Of a DNA stretch of 64,000 bases, positions 40,525 through 50,574 are shown in pieces. Position numbers and translations under genes: made by a program. The DNA is from Candidatus Latescibacterota bacterium (GTDB lineage Bacteria > Latescibacterota > UBA2968 > UBA8231). Each line of letters opens with the position of its first letter. Positions within the stretch are counted from its first letter, which is position 1. Location: NCBI GenBank assembly GCA_965206595.1, contig OZ242214.1, positions 608,001-672,000 on the forward strand, given 5' to 3'. Below the pieces are notes generated by a model. The model did not search any database. It was given only the letters and a program-made list of their open reading frames with translations, and was not told where the DNA came from.

Positions 40525-43500
40525 TTATTCCCCCCCAACTGACACGAAGCTTTCTTCCACTTCAGCATACACGGTATCGAGCTGTTCCTGGATTTCGAGC
40601 GTGATGCCAATGGCCGTAACCATCCGGCAATATGTGCGGATGTCGTTGAGGTCCAAGCGACGTTCCTTGCGGTCCTTCAACCACTTGTCGCAGACTTGGT
40701 AACCTCCGATCCGATGTTCGAATACCTCCGAAGGAATTGGTCCGAAATACTGCGCTTTGCTTATGTACATTCGTTGCTCATCGGCATCATACCGAAAACC
40801 TTGTGCCTTTGCCTTTGCAACTACCGAGTCCCCTTCACCTTCGAAACGGCAAGACGGTGAATCGAGTTCCGGCGACGTCAGCTGATGCAATTCCACCAAT
40901 CGTTTGCCAAAGGCGGCGAGCTTGGCAAACAGCTCCCTGTCGGTTGTAAACGGTACGCGCGGGAAGTCGCTTCGCAGAAACTCCGCGTACTTATCCCGGT
41001 ACCCGGGTGAATGCAACAGAGCGTAGACGTAGTGGAAAATCGCCTCGGGCTCGGGTGTCAAACCATGCACCCCTGCCAGAACTTCCGCCAGTTTCGTGTT
41101 CAGATTCGGCCGTCTATCGCTGGCGGTTATATGGAGATAGAGGGGGAAGTAGTAGTTAATATCGTAGGCCGCAACCGACTTGTGCCCACCAATACACGAG
41201 GTTGCAAAAACCCCGAATTCATTTTTGTGCTGCTTGGGGGTTACCAAGGTCAGATTATCTCCCGCCAGCATGTGCCGCATAATCTCGGGGCGAGGCCTGC
41301 AGATGAATCCCCGTGATCGGCCGGTGTAATAGGTGTAGCGAACGTCAAAAGGCCGATACAGAATTGGAACCACATTTTCCCTGGCGAGCCCGGAATCGAG
41401 TAAATCCTTCTGAGCCAAAGTCACTCCCCAGTCCTGAGCGTCCTTGCCAAGTTGGTAACCCTGCCTGGCAAGTTCGGGGTCCATCATCGAGAAAACACGG
41501 ACGGTATCCCATACCTTCTGTTCTGACCATTGAATAGTCAGGCTGTCTCGTGCAGTGACGATTCCGACGCTGTTGATGGGGAATATCTCGGGAATGGAAG
41601 GAAACCGACGGTACCCCGCTTCCAGTGCGTCGTCGCGGGGAATGAAAAGATAATACGGCGAGACTGGGTTAATTTGCTTCCATTCGGTACTGCGGAAGTC
41701 GTGAATGTCCAGCCAAGCATATTTGGTTTTCCGGGTTCCGAAAAAACCCGCGTGATGAACCCGGGCATCACCTGCCTTCTTTTCACCGTGCTTGACGAAA
41801 AAAGCGATAGCGACGCCCTGCCGAATATCGAAGACGTTTTGGTCGGTACCGCCGGCCGGGGAAATCTCACCCTTTAAGGCGTGGCCGTGCAGGTCGAGTA
41901 CGTGGATATCGTCGAAGGTGCGCATCAGACTCTGGCGCATACCGCGAAAAGTGGGGTTGTCGAGGTAGCTGTGGCTCGTAATCATTCCGACAACCCCCTG
42001 CCCGGCTTGTTCTATTTTCCACTCGGCGAATCGGAGGAACTTGACGTAATCGTTTTGTAGCCATTTCGAGTTTTTTTCATTCAACCGCTTGCCATCCACC
42101 TGTTTGTACTTGTCGATCAATCTGCGTATCCAGTCCCCCATATTGCTTGAATGGCCCGAATAAGGGGGGTTTCCCAGAATGCACAGGATCGGAGTTTGCT
42201 TTTTGACTTCACCGGCAAGGCGGGATTCCTCGGCCAAGGCAGATAGACCGGGAATACGGCTCTCTTCGAGTTCCTCCATATCGAGGGTATTGGTCAGATA
42301 GAACCGGACGCGCTCGTCGTCGGCGAGCCGATGGCCGAGCTCTTCGAGAAAAAAGCTCATTTTCAGATGCCCGACCGCGTAAGGGGCCATCATCAACTCG
42401 AGTGCATGGAAATTCTCGATGATGTGTGTACGGATGAAATCCGCTCTCCCTCCGCTGCCGTACTTGGCCTCGAACTCGGCGACCGCCTCCTGGGCGGCGC
42501 GGGCTACAAAGGTCATGGTTCCCGCCGCGGGGTCCAGCAAGGTCATCCCCTCGGAGGCGAGTCCGTCGCGCTTGCCGAATTCTGTCTTGAGCAGGCTGTG
42601 CAGGGAACGAACGATGTACCCGACCACCGATTCTGGCGTGTAGTAGACTCCTCGGCGCTCGCGCTCGTCAGGGTCGTATTGGGCCAAGAAGGTCTCGTAG
42701 AAATGCACGACCGGGTCACTGCCCTTCCCTTCGCGGTAGTACCGATTCAGAATGCCAGGCGCGTCGGCCACGTCCAAAACCTCCGCGAGATCGTCGACGC
42801 ACCAAGCGAGCGGAGTGGGGAGATCGTCGAGCGAAATGAAGCGGAAAAGGTCGCGGAGGACGCCGACTGTGTGGGGGATATTATCGAATGCAGCACGCCG
42901 GTTGAAGCCGTTGCCTGCCCGGGTTCGGGCGGCGAAAAGCCCGTAGGTAATGGTCTGTGCAAACAGATCCGCGAATCCTTCGCGAGTAAGCGATCCGATG
43001 AGGTAGGTCTGGAATGCTTCAAAGAAGCCGGAGAGCATGCCGGGCGCCCTCCGTTCCTGGTCGAACTGCTCGCCGATCACGTCACGAAGGAGACGGGTGC
43101 GCTTGGCAAGTTCCACGGCAAGGGACTCGGCTGTAAACGTCCGGGGGAGGGCAAAATCCAGGAACTGCTCAAGGAGGGCATAGAGGTCATCCTGATTTTC
43201 GAGCGGCGGCGCGGCCCGAACCTTATTGAGTATCACGGGGCGGCCAGCCATGACCGTTCTGACGCGCTCGCCATTCCGGTACAGGCGAAACTCCAGGAAA
43301 TTGGTGAGGATGAGATTCGGGAAAGTCGAGAGGTAACGCCGGAGTTGTTCGGAGTTCTCGATTACGTCCAGCCGTTCCTCGGTCGGTCTCTTGGCCTCGA
43401 TATAGCCGACGATACGGTCCGTACCGTTCCAAAGGCGGAAATCCGGATTGCCTCCTTCGGTTGCCCTTGGCAGCGTGGTGACCTGCACATCCGTTCTTCC

Positions 43501-43629
43501 GGTAGCGCGGGCTACTGCCTTCAGCATCTCCGCCAGCGCTGGATAGAAGCTCTCCTCCCGTGCATCGCCTTGATTGGTCACGGAGGCGAGGTTTTGCAGA
43601 TACGGTGAAAAGATGGTTTTGGGGGTCAC
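40525..43629 (-). CDS. Type ISP/IIG-like restriction-modification fusion (REase, N6-MTase, specificity domain), no helicase
   Basis: PDF...YIEAK; GVYYTP; DPAAGT; GNPPY; YRPFD; IGGYQV..KWLKDRK. Confidence 0.88.
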   Translation of the reverse strand: MTPKTIFSPYLQNLASVTNQGDAREESFYPALAEMLKAVARATGRTDVQVTTLPRATEGGNPDFRLWNGTDRIVGYIEAKRPTEERLDVIENSEQLRRYLSTFPNLILTNFLEFRLYRNGERVRTVMAGRPVILNKVRAAPPLENQDDLYALLEQFLDFALPRTFTAESLAVELAKRTRLLRDVIGEQFDQERRAPGMLSGFFEAFQTYLIGSLTREGFADLFAQTITYGLFAARTRAGNGFNRRAAFDNIPHTVGVLRDLFRFISLDDLPTPLAWCVDDLAEVLDVADAPGILNRYYREGKGSDPVVHFYETFLAQYDPDERERRGVYYTPESVVGYIVRSLHSLLKTEFGKRDGLASEGMTLLDPAAGTMTFVARAAQEAVAEFEAKYGSGGRADFIRTHIIENFHALELMMAPYAVGHLKMSFFLEELGHRLADDERVRFYLTNTLDMEELEESRIPGLSALAEESRLAGEVKKQTPILCILGNPPYSGHSSNMGDWIRRLIDKYKQVDGKRLNEKNSKWLQNDYVKFLRFAEWKIEQAGQGVVGMITSHSYLDNPTFRGMRQSLMRTFDDIHVLDLHGHALKGEISPAGGTDQNVFDIRQGVAIAFFVKHGEKKAGDARVHHAGFFGTRKTKYAWLDIHDFRSTEWKQINPVSPYYLFIPRDDALEAGYRRFPSIPEIFPINSVGIVTARDSLTIQWSEQKVWDTVRVFSMMDPELARQGYQLGKDAQDWGVTLAQKDLLDSGLARENVVPILYRPFDVRYTYYTGRSRGFICRPRPEIMRHMLAGDNLTLVTPKQHKNEFGVFATSCIGGHKSVAAYDINYYFPLYLHITASDRRPNLNTKLAEVLAGVHGLTPEPEAIFHYVYALLHSPGYRDKYAEFLRSDFPRVPFTTDRELFAKLAAFGKRLVELHQLTSPELDSPSCRFEGEGDSVVAKAKAQGFRYDADEQRMYISKAQYFGPIPSEVFEHRIGGYQVCDKWLKDRKERRLDLNDIRTYCRMVTAIGITLEIQEQLDTVYAEVEESFVSVGGE

Positions 43630-43670
43630 TGGACTATTACCTTACCATTTGCGGTTGCGGAGACAACCGA

Positions 43671-44312
43671 TTAGTCCTCTGATAAACCAAGTTCTTTTTC
43701 CTTATTTGCTATCTCCGCCATGGTTACCCTGGGATTTTCCCCGGCCATTTCTAGAAATAGATCCGGATGTCTCATTATCAGATATGCAAACGTCTTTCGA
43801 TCAATTCCTTTGTTCGATAAGCCCAAGTCTTTTCGCATTGCAAGCAGGAAATCCCCCATGAAAAACATTGTTTCGGCGTCAGGCTCAGTATTTGACAAAT
43901 GGGTAATCCATTTAATGTAGGTCAGAAGAACGTTGGATCCACCCCAAACAACCATCTTCCGTTTCCATTCCTGAAGGAAGGGAACAAATCCCTCATCCAA
44001 TCTGCCTTCATATCCAAACAGCTTGAACAGCTCCTTCAAAAATTCATCGTAGATCTCTACTTTACGTTCCCTAAAATGTGCTTCTACCGCCTGTTTTCGC
44101 TCAAAATATTTGCCTAATGTAACTGTGAGTGTAGCACCAAATACTGTGCCAACTGCCGCCACTATGCCAATCGCTAGTTTTGCGTCGATTGATATGAGCT
44201 CTTCCCATACCGAAGAGATTACCCAATATACACCCGCAAGCAAGGCACCGATAACACTGATTAAAATTAACCCGAGAAAGAAGCCTTTGGATTTAATAAG
44301 GAATGTTTTCAT
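43671..44312 (-). CDS. Low-GC two-transmembrane hypothetical protein
   Basis: Two hydrophobic helices followed by a soluble domain; AT-rich codons. Confidence 0.65.
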   Translation of the reverse strand: MKTFLIKSKGFFLGLILISVIGALLAGVYWVISSVWEELISIDAKLAIGIVAAVGTVFGATLTVTLGKYFERKQAVEAHFRERKVEIYDEFLKELFKLFGYEGRLDEGFVPFLQEWKRKMVVWGGSNVLLTYIKWITHLSNTEPDAETMFFMGDFLLAMRKDLGLSNKGIDRKTFAYLIMRHPDLFLEMAGENPRVTMAEIANKEKELGLSED

Positions 44313-44339
44313 GGCCAAATCCTGAGGTGGAAAAAAGCC

Positions 44340-44440
44340 CAATGCTCCCGTGCCGAGGGTCATGCGAAGGGCACCGCTCCCGCTCGGCCCCTCAACTTTG
44401 CCTTGGAGAATGATCAACCCCTGCCGTAGATCGAAAGGAC
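44340..44440 (-). pseudogene. Retropepsin-like aspartic protease N-terminal fragment
   Basis: FDLRQGLIILQGKVEGPSGSGALRMTLGTGA (degenerate LDTGA). Confidence 0.4.
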
Positions 44441-44636
44441 CCTCACAGGACGACCATGGTGTCCCGGCCATCAACAACGTTCATCACCTGTAACCTGACA
44501 TTCGTTTATCTTCCACCTCCGCATGGGCGATGTCAAGCTTTTGCTGAATGGCGGACGGTGCCCAAGGCGCGCGCCCAAGCAGGATGGGGATTGGCGACCC
44601 TCCGTCAACTCACCCCAAAGCCCAGGAAAGGAACTA

Positions 44637-44890
44637 CAGCATGTGGGAACGCAGTTCGAATGTCCTCGCATCGGCGACGACTACTTCCGGCAGCTGAAAC
44701 AGCTCGCCATCGACCATGTCTGCAGCACACCGGAGGGACCGGCCGGCTCCTGGACGGCCGACCACCTGAAGGGCACCGGGAGCCTATCGAGTCCTTCGGA
44801 ATCTTCCTCGACATGATCACGCTGGGGCACATGGGCATCGCCCCGGGAACCCTGTTTCCCGACATCATGCTGGGAGGCGAGACCGGGATC
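44637..44890 (+). pseudogene. Mannonate dehydratase-like N-terminal fragment, frameshifted
   Basis: HVGTQ...DDYFRQLKQLAIDHVC...W..DHLK, then HREPIESFGIFLDM...PDIMLG in another frame. Confidence 0.5.
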
Positions 44891-45115
44891 GCGAAACAGA
44901 CCAGGTCTGCGACATCCTCCGCTTCACCCCCGAAGCCGGGACCCCGGCAATGAAGTACTACCTGAGCTACTTGGCGGTCGTCAGCATCTCCCCGGCCAAG
45001 CGGCGCGGCGGCGAAACAGGGATGCGCGGGCAACCGACAGTCGGATTGGCCGTTCGCGCCGGGAAATCAATCGGGTCGACTGGCGCGTCTGGTGCAGGTG
45101 GTTCCGTCAGACTTC

Positions 45116-45380
45116 CTATTTGATATAGAGCAGCCGTCGCGTCTCCACCCCACCGGGGTAAAGCAGGCGGGTGACATAGATCCCCGCGGCCACCTCAGCG
45201 CCACGCTGGTCGCGGGCGTCCCAGAAAACCTGGTAGAAGCCTGGGCTCTGGACCTCATTCACAAGGACGCGCACCGGCTGGCCTAGGATATTGTAGACCT
45301 CCAGCCGCACCGTGCCTGGGGTGGCCAGGCCGTAAGGGATCAGGACGGTGCTGTTGAAGGGGTTGGGCGCATTGGGGTTA
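45116..45380 (-). pseudogene. Isolated 3' end of a FlgD-Ig/T9SS-like sorting-domain gene
   Basis: NAPNPFNSTVLIPY...VRLEVYNILGQPVRVLV...WDARD..G..VAAGIYV...RRLLYIK*; no 5' part. Confidence 0.8.
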
Positions 45381-45470
45381 ATCGCGAGCAGCGGATGTCC
45401 GCCTTCATGCGCCGCTGCTGCGATTCACGAGCCGACCTGTTTGCAGATCAATCGGGTGCTGAGTGGGGAG

Positions 45471-47525
45471 TCACTCCAGCAATGCCTTCAGCAGGGCATC
45501 CGGGGTGTCGGAGTAGAACTGCACGTTGACGCGCGTCGCCATGTCGTCGGAGAGTTCGAACAATTGCTTCCGATCCGAGACAGGGATCAGAACCGTTTCC
45601 GCCCCTTTCTCGACCGCGGCTTCCACGATGCCGACGGCATTCGCCAATGGCTCCACCGAGCCTCCGAGGTTCAGGGCACCCACCACGATCAGGCCGCCCT
45701 TCAGGCTCTTCTCCAGCAACGCGCCACAGAGCGCCAGCAGCGCCGGCAGTCCCAGAGACGCTCCCGAACGGTCGTTGTCCATGGCGCGAAGCTGCACGGA
45801 GAATTCATGGGATCGGGGGTCGCGGTCTCCAACCAGCTCCCTCGCCCGGGTGTACAGGTTCTGCTCGGCGTACCTGGTGCTTTCGCGAAACCCCTGAGGG
45901 ACGGGCGAGTTCAGAATCCTTACCCCGGTGCCCCGGCCCGCCGTGACCTCGATTCGGTACAGGGAGGGGCCCGTCTCCTGTCCGCCCGGACCGATTCCCC
46001 ACACCTGGCCCGGCGGCAACGGGTCCGGATCGATGGCGTCGTCGCTGCGCAGCTCCGGGGTGGCGACGAACTTCTCTATTCCGTCTTCACCCATCGCGTA
46101 ACTGAACTGCGTGTTGCGGAACTCGCTCTTGAACACCCGCTTCTGCTGCTCCTTGACCCGGCGGCGGGTCTCCATGGCCAGACGCACCAGCGGCTCCAAC
46201 TCATCGTCGGGGACCGGCATTTCCGGATCAGGGTACAGCAACTTGAGCAGGCCGCTCACGGTCTTGTTGACCGAGGTGATGTCCCGTCCGCTGAGCGCGC
46301 CGCCGTAGTTCACTCTTCCCTGCAGTTGCTGAACGCGGCTGCCTGTGCGCAACCGGCTCCAGCACTCCGAAAGGAAGTCGCTGACCAGGCCGAAGTGGTT
46401 GGTGAAGTGTTCGTTCGGGTTGAGCTTGGGGAAGTCCCAACCGGGCACGTAGGCATGAATGCGATCCATGAAGGCCGTATCGTCGCGCATGTCCGCGGAC
46501 AGGGGACTGAACAGGTGGCCGATCCGTTGCTGGTGCTCGACCTCCACGTCGAGGTTGCCGACCATGACCACCCCGCCATCGGCCCGGATGCTCTCCTTGC
46601 CGCGCGAGAACTCGCCTGACTCCATGTACCCCTTGAGAATGTTGACGCCGTCCTTCTGATCGAAGGAGACGCTGGCAATTTCGTCGAAACAGACCACGTC
46701 GTATTGACAGACGAGGCCGCGCTGCCCGGTGGCGTTGTTGACGAACATCTTGGCCACCGTCGCCTTGCCGCCGGAGATCAGGTGGGCGTAGGGGGAGATC
46801 TGCTGGAACAGATGGCTCTTGCCGGTCCCGCGCGGCCCCAGCTCGACCATGTTGTAGTTGCGCTCGACGAACGGCGTCATCCGGATCAGCGCCACCATCT
46901 GCGCCCTTTCGGAGAGCGCCTCGGGCTCCAGTCCGATGCTGCGCAGCAGGATGCGCTTCCACTCCTCGCTGGTGAACTGGCTGCGGCCGTGCCGGAGGGT
47001 ATCCAGCGTGTCGGCTTTGGAGAGCTGAATGGCGCGGAGACCATCTACGGCAAAGGGGCGCCCGTTCTTCTCCTGGGCGATGGCGGCGTCGTAGCTCAGC
47101 GTTACCTCGGCGTAGAAGCCGTCGGTCAGCATGCGCTCGTGCTGCTTGACCAGACTGTCGTCGATACGGACATCCTTGAGCGCGAGACTGGGAAGTTCGG
47201 CAATAAGAGAATCAGTCCTGGCGTCCAGCCTCGCCTTGACGATGTCGATCAGCTTGATGGAACCGAGGTCGCGCGCCCGGGCTTTGAACAGTTCTTCTTC
47301 TCCGCTCCGTACCGTGCGGTCGGCCAGCTGCCGCTCCACGATTTCGAGCCCTTCCTCGATTTCCCGTTCGTCGGTGGTGGCGCAGTAGCGCCCGAGCAGG
47401 AACTCGACGACGTAGGTGGGAACCGGGTACTGGCGGCTGTACTTGCGCACCAAATCCTTGCGAACCAGGTAGCCGTCGAAGGCGTTCGCCGCCCTCTGGT
47501 CGAGTTCGTCGAGTTCCAGTCTCAC
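45471..47525 (-). CDS. brxL: BREX Lon-like protein BrxL
   Basis: PVPTYVVEFLLG, ELGPRGTGKS, FDEIA, SRGK and AFMDRIH motifs; C-terminal Lon-like domain. Confidence 0.92.
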   Translation of the reverse strand: MRLELDELDQRAANAFDGYLVRKDLVRKYSRQYPVPTYVVEFLLGRYCATTDEREIEEGLEIVERQLADRTVRSGEEELFKARARDLGSIKLIDIVKARLDARTDSLIAELPSLALKDVRIDDSLVKQHERMLTDGFYAEVTLSYDAAIAQEKNGRPFAVDGLRAIQLSKADTLDTLRHGRSQFTSEEWKRILLRSIGLEPEALSERAQMVALIRMTPFVERNYNMVELGPRGTGKSHLFQQISPYAHLISGGKATVAKMFVNNATGQRGLVCQYDVVCFDEIASVSFDQKDGVNILKGYMESGEFSRGKESIRADGGVVMVGNLDVEVEHQQRIGHLFSPLSADMRDDTAFMDRIHAYVPGWDFPKLNPNEHFTNHFGLVSDFLSECWSRLRTGSRVQQLQGRVNYGGALSGRDITSVNKTVSGLLKLLYPDPEMPVPDDELEPLVRLAMETRRRVKEQQKRVFKSEFRNTQFSYAMGEDGIEKFVATPELRSDDAIDPDPLPPGQVWGIGPGGQETGPSLYRIEVTAGRGTGVRILNSPVPQGFRESTRYAEQNLYTRARELVGDRDPRSHEFSVQLRAMDNDRSGASLGLPALLALCGALLEKSLKGGLIVVGALNLGGSVEPLANAVGIVEAAVEKGAETVLIPVSDRKQLFELSDDMATRVNVQFYSDTPDALLKALLE

Positions 47526-49846
47526 TGTTCACCTCCGATGATCGTCGATTGCTGCGCGATGACGTGACCGCCGGCATCGAGAACGACAATCGCCGCCGTT
47601 GTTCCCTCGAGCTCATCGTCGCCGACCAACAGGCTTGCGGTGCCATCGCCATCCACGGGACGCGCGCTGCTGACGCTCGAATTCGCGTCTCCTATGCGGG
47701 TCCTCAGATCGACCGACAGTCCCGGAAGGACGGGCTCGACCCGCACCCGGCACCGGAAGCCGACCCAGGAGAAGTCGGCAATGCGAATGTCGACCGTTCC
47801 AGGGCCCGCCCCCCCGGTGATCCGAATAACCGGCACCAGGCTCTCCTGGAGACTCAAGCCTCCGTGGGCGTACTCGTTACCCTCTACGAAGCAGGCGATT
47901 CCGGGCGCAACTGCGATACGTTCCTGGGGGTTCCAATCCCAACTCACAACCGGCGTTTCGACGGCCGAGCCGCCCTCGATGGCGGCGCAGCGCGCCCAGC
48001 GGCTGATGGTCAGGTACCTGGGGAGGTCGACCTTCGGCAGGCCGCCCGGAAGCCACAGCCAACCGTGATCCGTCACCACGCGAACCTCCTGCCAACCACC
48101 TTTCAGAAGCATCCCGATCCGTTCGCGCAGCAGCTCGATCTGTTCATCAATCCGGGCGGCGAGCCCCGCTTGCAACGAATGGCCCAGCCTGTCGAGCCCC
48201 CCGTGTTCCGTCCAGGCGCAGCCGGACGAGTCGCCCGTTTCGTTCGCCTGGAGGTACTGATACCCGGCAGCCTTGAGGAGCTCGCGAAACCGATCTGTGG
48301 TCAAGGGGCGTTCGGTCTCCGCGGTTACCGGCCGAAACTCCTCCCCCAGGGAAAGGCCCGTGATGCTCTTGATCACCGGCGAGACCGCCGGCTTCGCGGT
48401 CGCGGTGACGGTAGGGTGGGCGGACCATTGCGTTGCCGTCGACACGGAACGGCCCCCTGCCCGCAGCAGCTCAACGAGGCGCTGGGACACGTCGAAACGC
48501 AGGCCGTCCGCGAAGAGAATCACCGTTCCGGGTTCAATCGGCGTATCATACGATTCCTGTCGGTCGCGTACCACACCCGGCCGTTCCAGCGCCTGCAGAT
48601 GCCGGGCTGCGGACTCCATCCAGGGGCGGTAGATCGCGTCCAGTGCCCGGCTAACGGCTTGGGTGTCAGCGGCCGATTTCACCGCGGCCATGCTGCGGAG
48701 GGCGGCGTCATCAACCTTCCAGGCCTCCTCGGCGTACAGCTCTGCCATCTGCGCAATGGAGGCACCGCCCAGCTCGCTCGACGCGCCCGACGCCAAAACG
48801 GCCAAGTGCTCGAGAGCGTCCGCCAGAGGCGCTTGGCCGAGCTTCGCCCAGACCCAGCCGCGTCGTTCTCCGTGCTTCTTTTCGAGCTCGATGACTTTTT
48901 TTCGGGCTGCGGCCGGTGGGCCTTCGAGTTTCTGAAGAGCGTCCCGCAGGGCGTTTTCGTTCGCTTCGTTTTGCTGGGGCCAGGAAGAACCTTGGGCGAA
49001 CAGGTCGCTAGGCCCGGCCTTGCCCAACAACTCGGGCACACCCACGAACGGCGCCGGGGACTCGGCAAAACGGTTCCACACCGGTCCCCAGGCCCCTTCG
49101 CGCTTCCCGAGCCGCTCCGCCGCGGCCAGGTCACCGTCCTTCTCCGGGTCGAAGCCGAAATCCGCCTGGCAACGCGACCGGAAGGCATTCCACCTTGCAC
49201 CAGTCCAGCGGGTCCTCACTTGCTCGGAGTCGCTCATCCAGGTCAGCACGTCCCTGACCGGATCGTCGGAGAAGAGCCGGTCGAAATCCTCCGCTTCGAG
49301 GCGCCGGCCTTGCAGCGCCTGCACCGGGGTGGCAGCCAGCTCCGCGAGGGCGCGGTGCATGGCATCACGAGTGGCCGCGTCCTTGGCGACGTCCAGTCCA
49401 AGGCCGCCGTCCGGGGAGGCGAGGAAGGCCTCCACCGTCCAGTCCCTGCCGTTCTTCTGTTTCCAGCAGGCGCCCCGGTACTGGAGCTCGACCAGGGGTT
49501 TCAGGTGATGCGGGCAGGATTCCGCTGCGCCCAGTTGCCCGCGGCCCACACCGGGCAGGTAGAGGACCGGCGTCGACTCGCCGGGGATCTGGGGAGGCAC
49601 CGGAGCCCTCTCGATGACGCAACGCAGCCAGATCGCGGGTCCGCTGCGGTTCTCAGGATCGTACTCGCCCAGGACCAGCAGATGCGGCATGAGAGGGAGC
49701 AGCTGCGGGATGATGGGCTGCCAGCGTGCGTCGGGATCCGTCCACAGGATGGCAGCCGGCTTCACCGCGTCGTTCGGGTTGTGGTCGGCAGCGGCTTCGA
49801 GGGACGCCTTCAGTCTTTCGACTACGGTTGCGGTTTGTGGGGTCAT
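47522..49846 (-). CDS. pglZ: BREX phosphatase PglZ (type B-like)
   Basis: FADGLRFD, PTVTATAKP, DRLGH, VVTDHG and YAHGGLSLQE motifs. Confidence 0.9.
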   Translation of the reverse strand: MTPQTATVVERLKASLEAAADHNPNDAVKPAAILWTDPDARWQPIIPQLLPLMPHLLVLGEYDPENRSGPAIWLRCVIERAPVPPQIPGESTPVLYLPGVGRGQLGAAESCPHHLKPLVELQYRGACWKQKNGRDWTVEAFLASPDGGLGLDVAKDAATRDAMHRALAELAATPVQALQGRRLEAEDFDRLFSDDPVRDVLTWMSDSEQVRTRWTGARWNAFRSRCQADFGFDPEKDGDLAAAERLGKREGAWGPVWNRFAESPAPFVGVPELLGKAGPSDLFAQGSSWPQQNEANENALRDALQKLEGPPAAARKKVIELEKKHGERRGWVWAKLGQAPLADALEHLAVLASGASSELGGASIAQMAELYAEEAWKVDDAALRSMAAVKSAADTQAVSRALDAIYRPWMESAARHLQALERPGVVRDRQESYDTPIEPGTVILFADGLRFDVSQRLVELLRAGGRSVSTATQWSAHPTVTATAKPAVSPVIKSITGLSLGEEFRPVTAETERPLTTDRFRELLKAAGYQYLQANETGDSSGCAWTEHGGLDRLGHSLQAGLAARIDEQIELLRERIGMLLKGGWQEVRVVTDHGWLWLPGGLPKVDLPRYLTISRWARCAAIEGGSAVETPVVSWDWNPQERIAVAPGIACFVEGNEYAHGGLSLQESLVPVIRITGGAGPGTVDIRIADFSWVGFRCRVRVEPVLPGLSVDLRTRIGDANSSVSSARPVDGDGTASLLVGDDELEGTTAAIVVLDAGGHVIAQQSTIIGGEQ

Positions 49847-49930
49847 GGTTCGAGGTCCGCCTTCCAGCCAGGCGCCCCAAAAGTGTGAGGCGAAGCCCGG
49901 CGGTCGGATGACCTGAGATAGGACCGGTCT

Positions 49931-50278
49931 TCAAACCGGGTCATCTGTCGCAGGCTCCGGCTCCGCGTCAGGCCAGCGGTAGCATTCCTCTCTGAGTTCA
50001 TCCCCTGTCACGATGCCGCCGTACTCACTGAGCAACGTAGCGGTGCGAGCCTCCCGGAATGTTCGTAGCACCTTGCCTCGGGCGTCAAACCAGGTCTGGC
50101 ACACGGGATCGTCGCCAAAGAATTGCCGGATCGCTTCATGGCCGTCTTCGGCCCGAACAGTCAAAGAGCCGGCTTGGGAACCCTGGTTGTCCCACAAAGT
50201 CATGCGGAAGTACTCCGGGCCTTCTTCCATCGCGACGTTGCCCCAGGGGTCTTTCAGGTCATGGTAGTAGGTGCTCAT
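49931..50278 (-). CDS. Hypothetical protein
   Basis: 115-aa ORF co-oriented with the operon. Confidence 0.5.
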   Translation of the reverse strand: MSTYYHDLKDPWGNVAMEEGPEYFRMTLWDNQGSQAGSLTVRAEDGHEAIRQFFGDDPVCQTWFDARGKVLRTFREARTATLLSEYGGIVTGDELREECYRWPDAEPEPATDDPV

Positions 50279-50357
50279 GGATTCTCGTCCTCGACAAGGG
50301 AGTTCACGGGGACAGGTGAGGGTTGCGCAGACTTTCAGCAGAAGGGCCGCATGGTGA

Positions 50358-50570
50358 TCACGCGATCCGTGAATACGGATAGCTGTCCCTGATGTACATG
50401 TTTAGGAACCGCCCCTTGGACGGCGCCTCCATCATCCGGTCATGCATAGGGTCAGGCACACCATAGTATTGGTATACCCAACCGCTCAGGAATTCTACCT
50501 CGAGGGTCTGCGTCTTTGTGTCGTAGCCAATCGACCTTACCATCGTGGATGAAACAGGGTATTTGTCCAC
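50358..50570 (-). CDS. KTSC domain protein
   Basis: VSSTMVRSIGYD...TLEVEF..G.VYQYYGVP...APSKGRF. Confidence 0.9.
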   Translation of the reverse strand: MDKYPVSSTMVRSIGYDTKTQTLEVEFLSGWVYQYYGVPDPMHDRMMEAPSKGRFLNMYIRDSYPYSRIA

Positions 50571-50574
50571 GGTT

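Noticed and set aside
45377-45428. Integron attC site
   Set aside because: It is a bulged hairpin, but it lacks the RYYYAAC...GTTRRRY arrangement and no integrase is present
47549-49888. Long antisense ORFs (also 45348-46619, 24476-25780, 21565-23700 and others)
   Set aside because: Typical high-GC shadow ORFs opposite or overlapping well-supported genes, with no recognisable motifs
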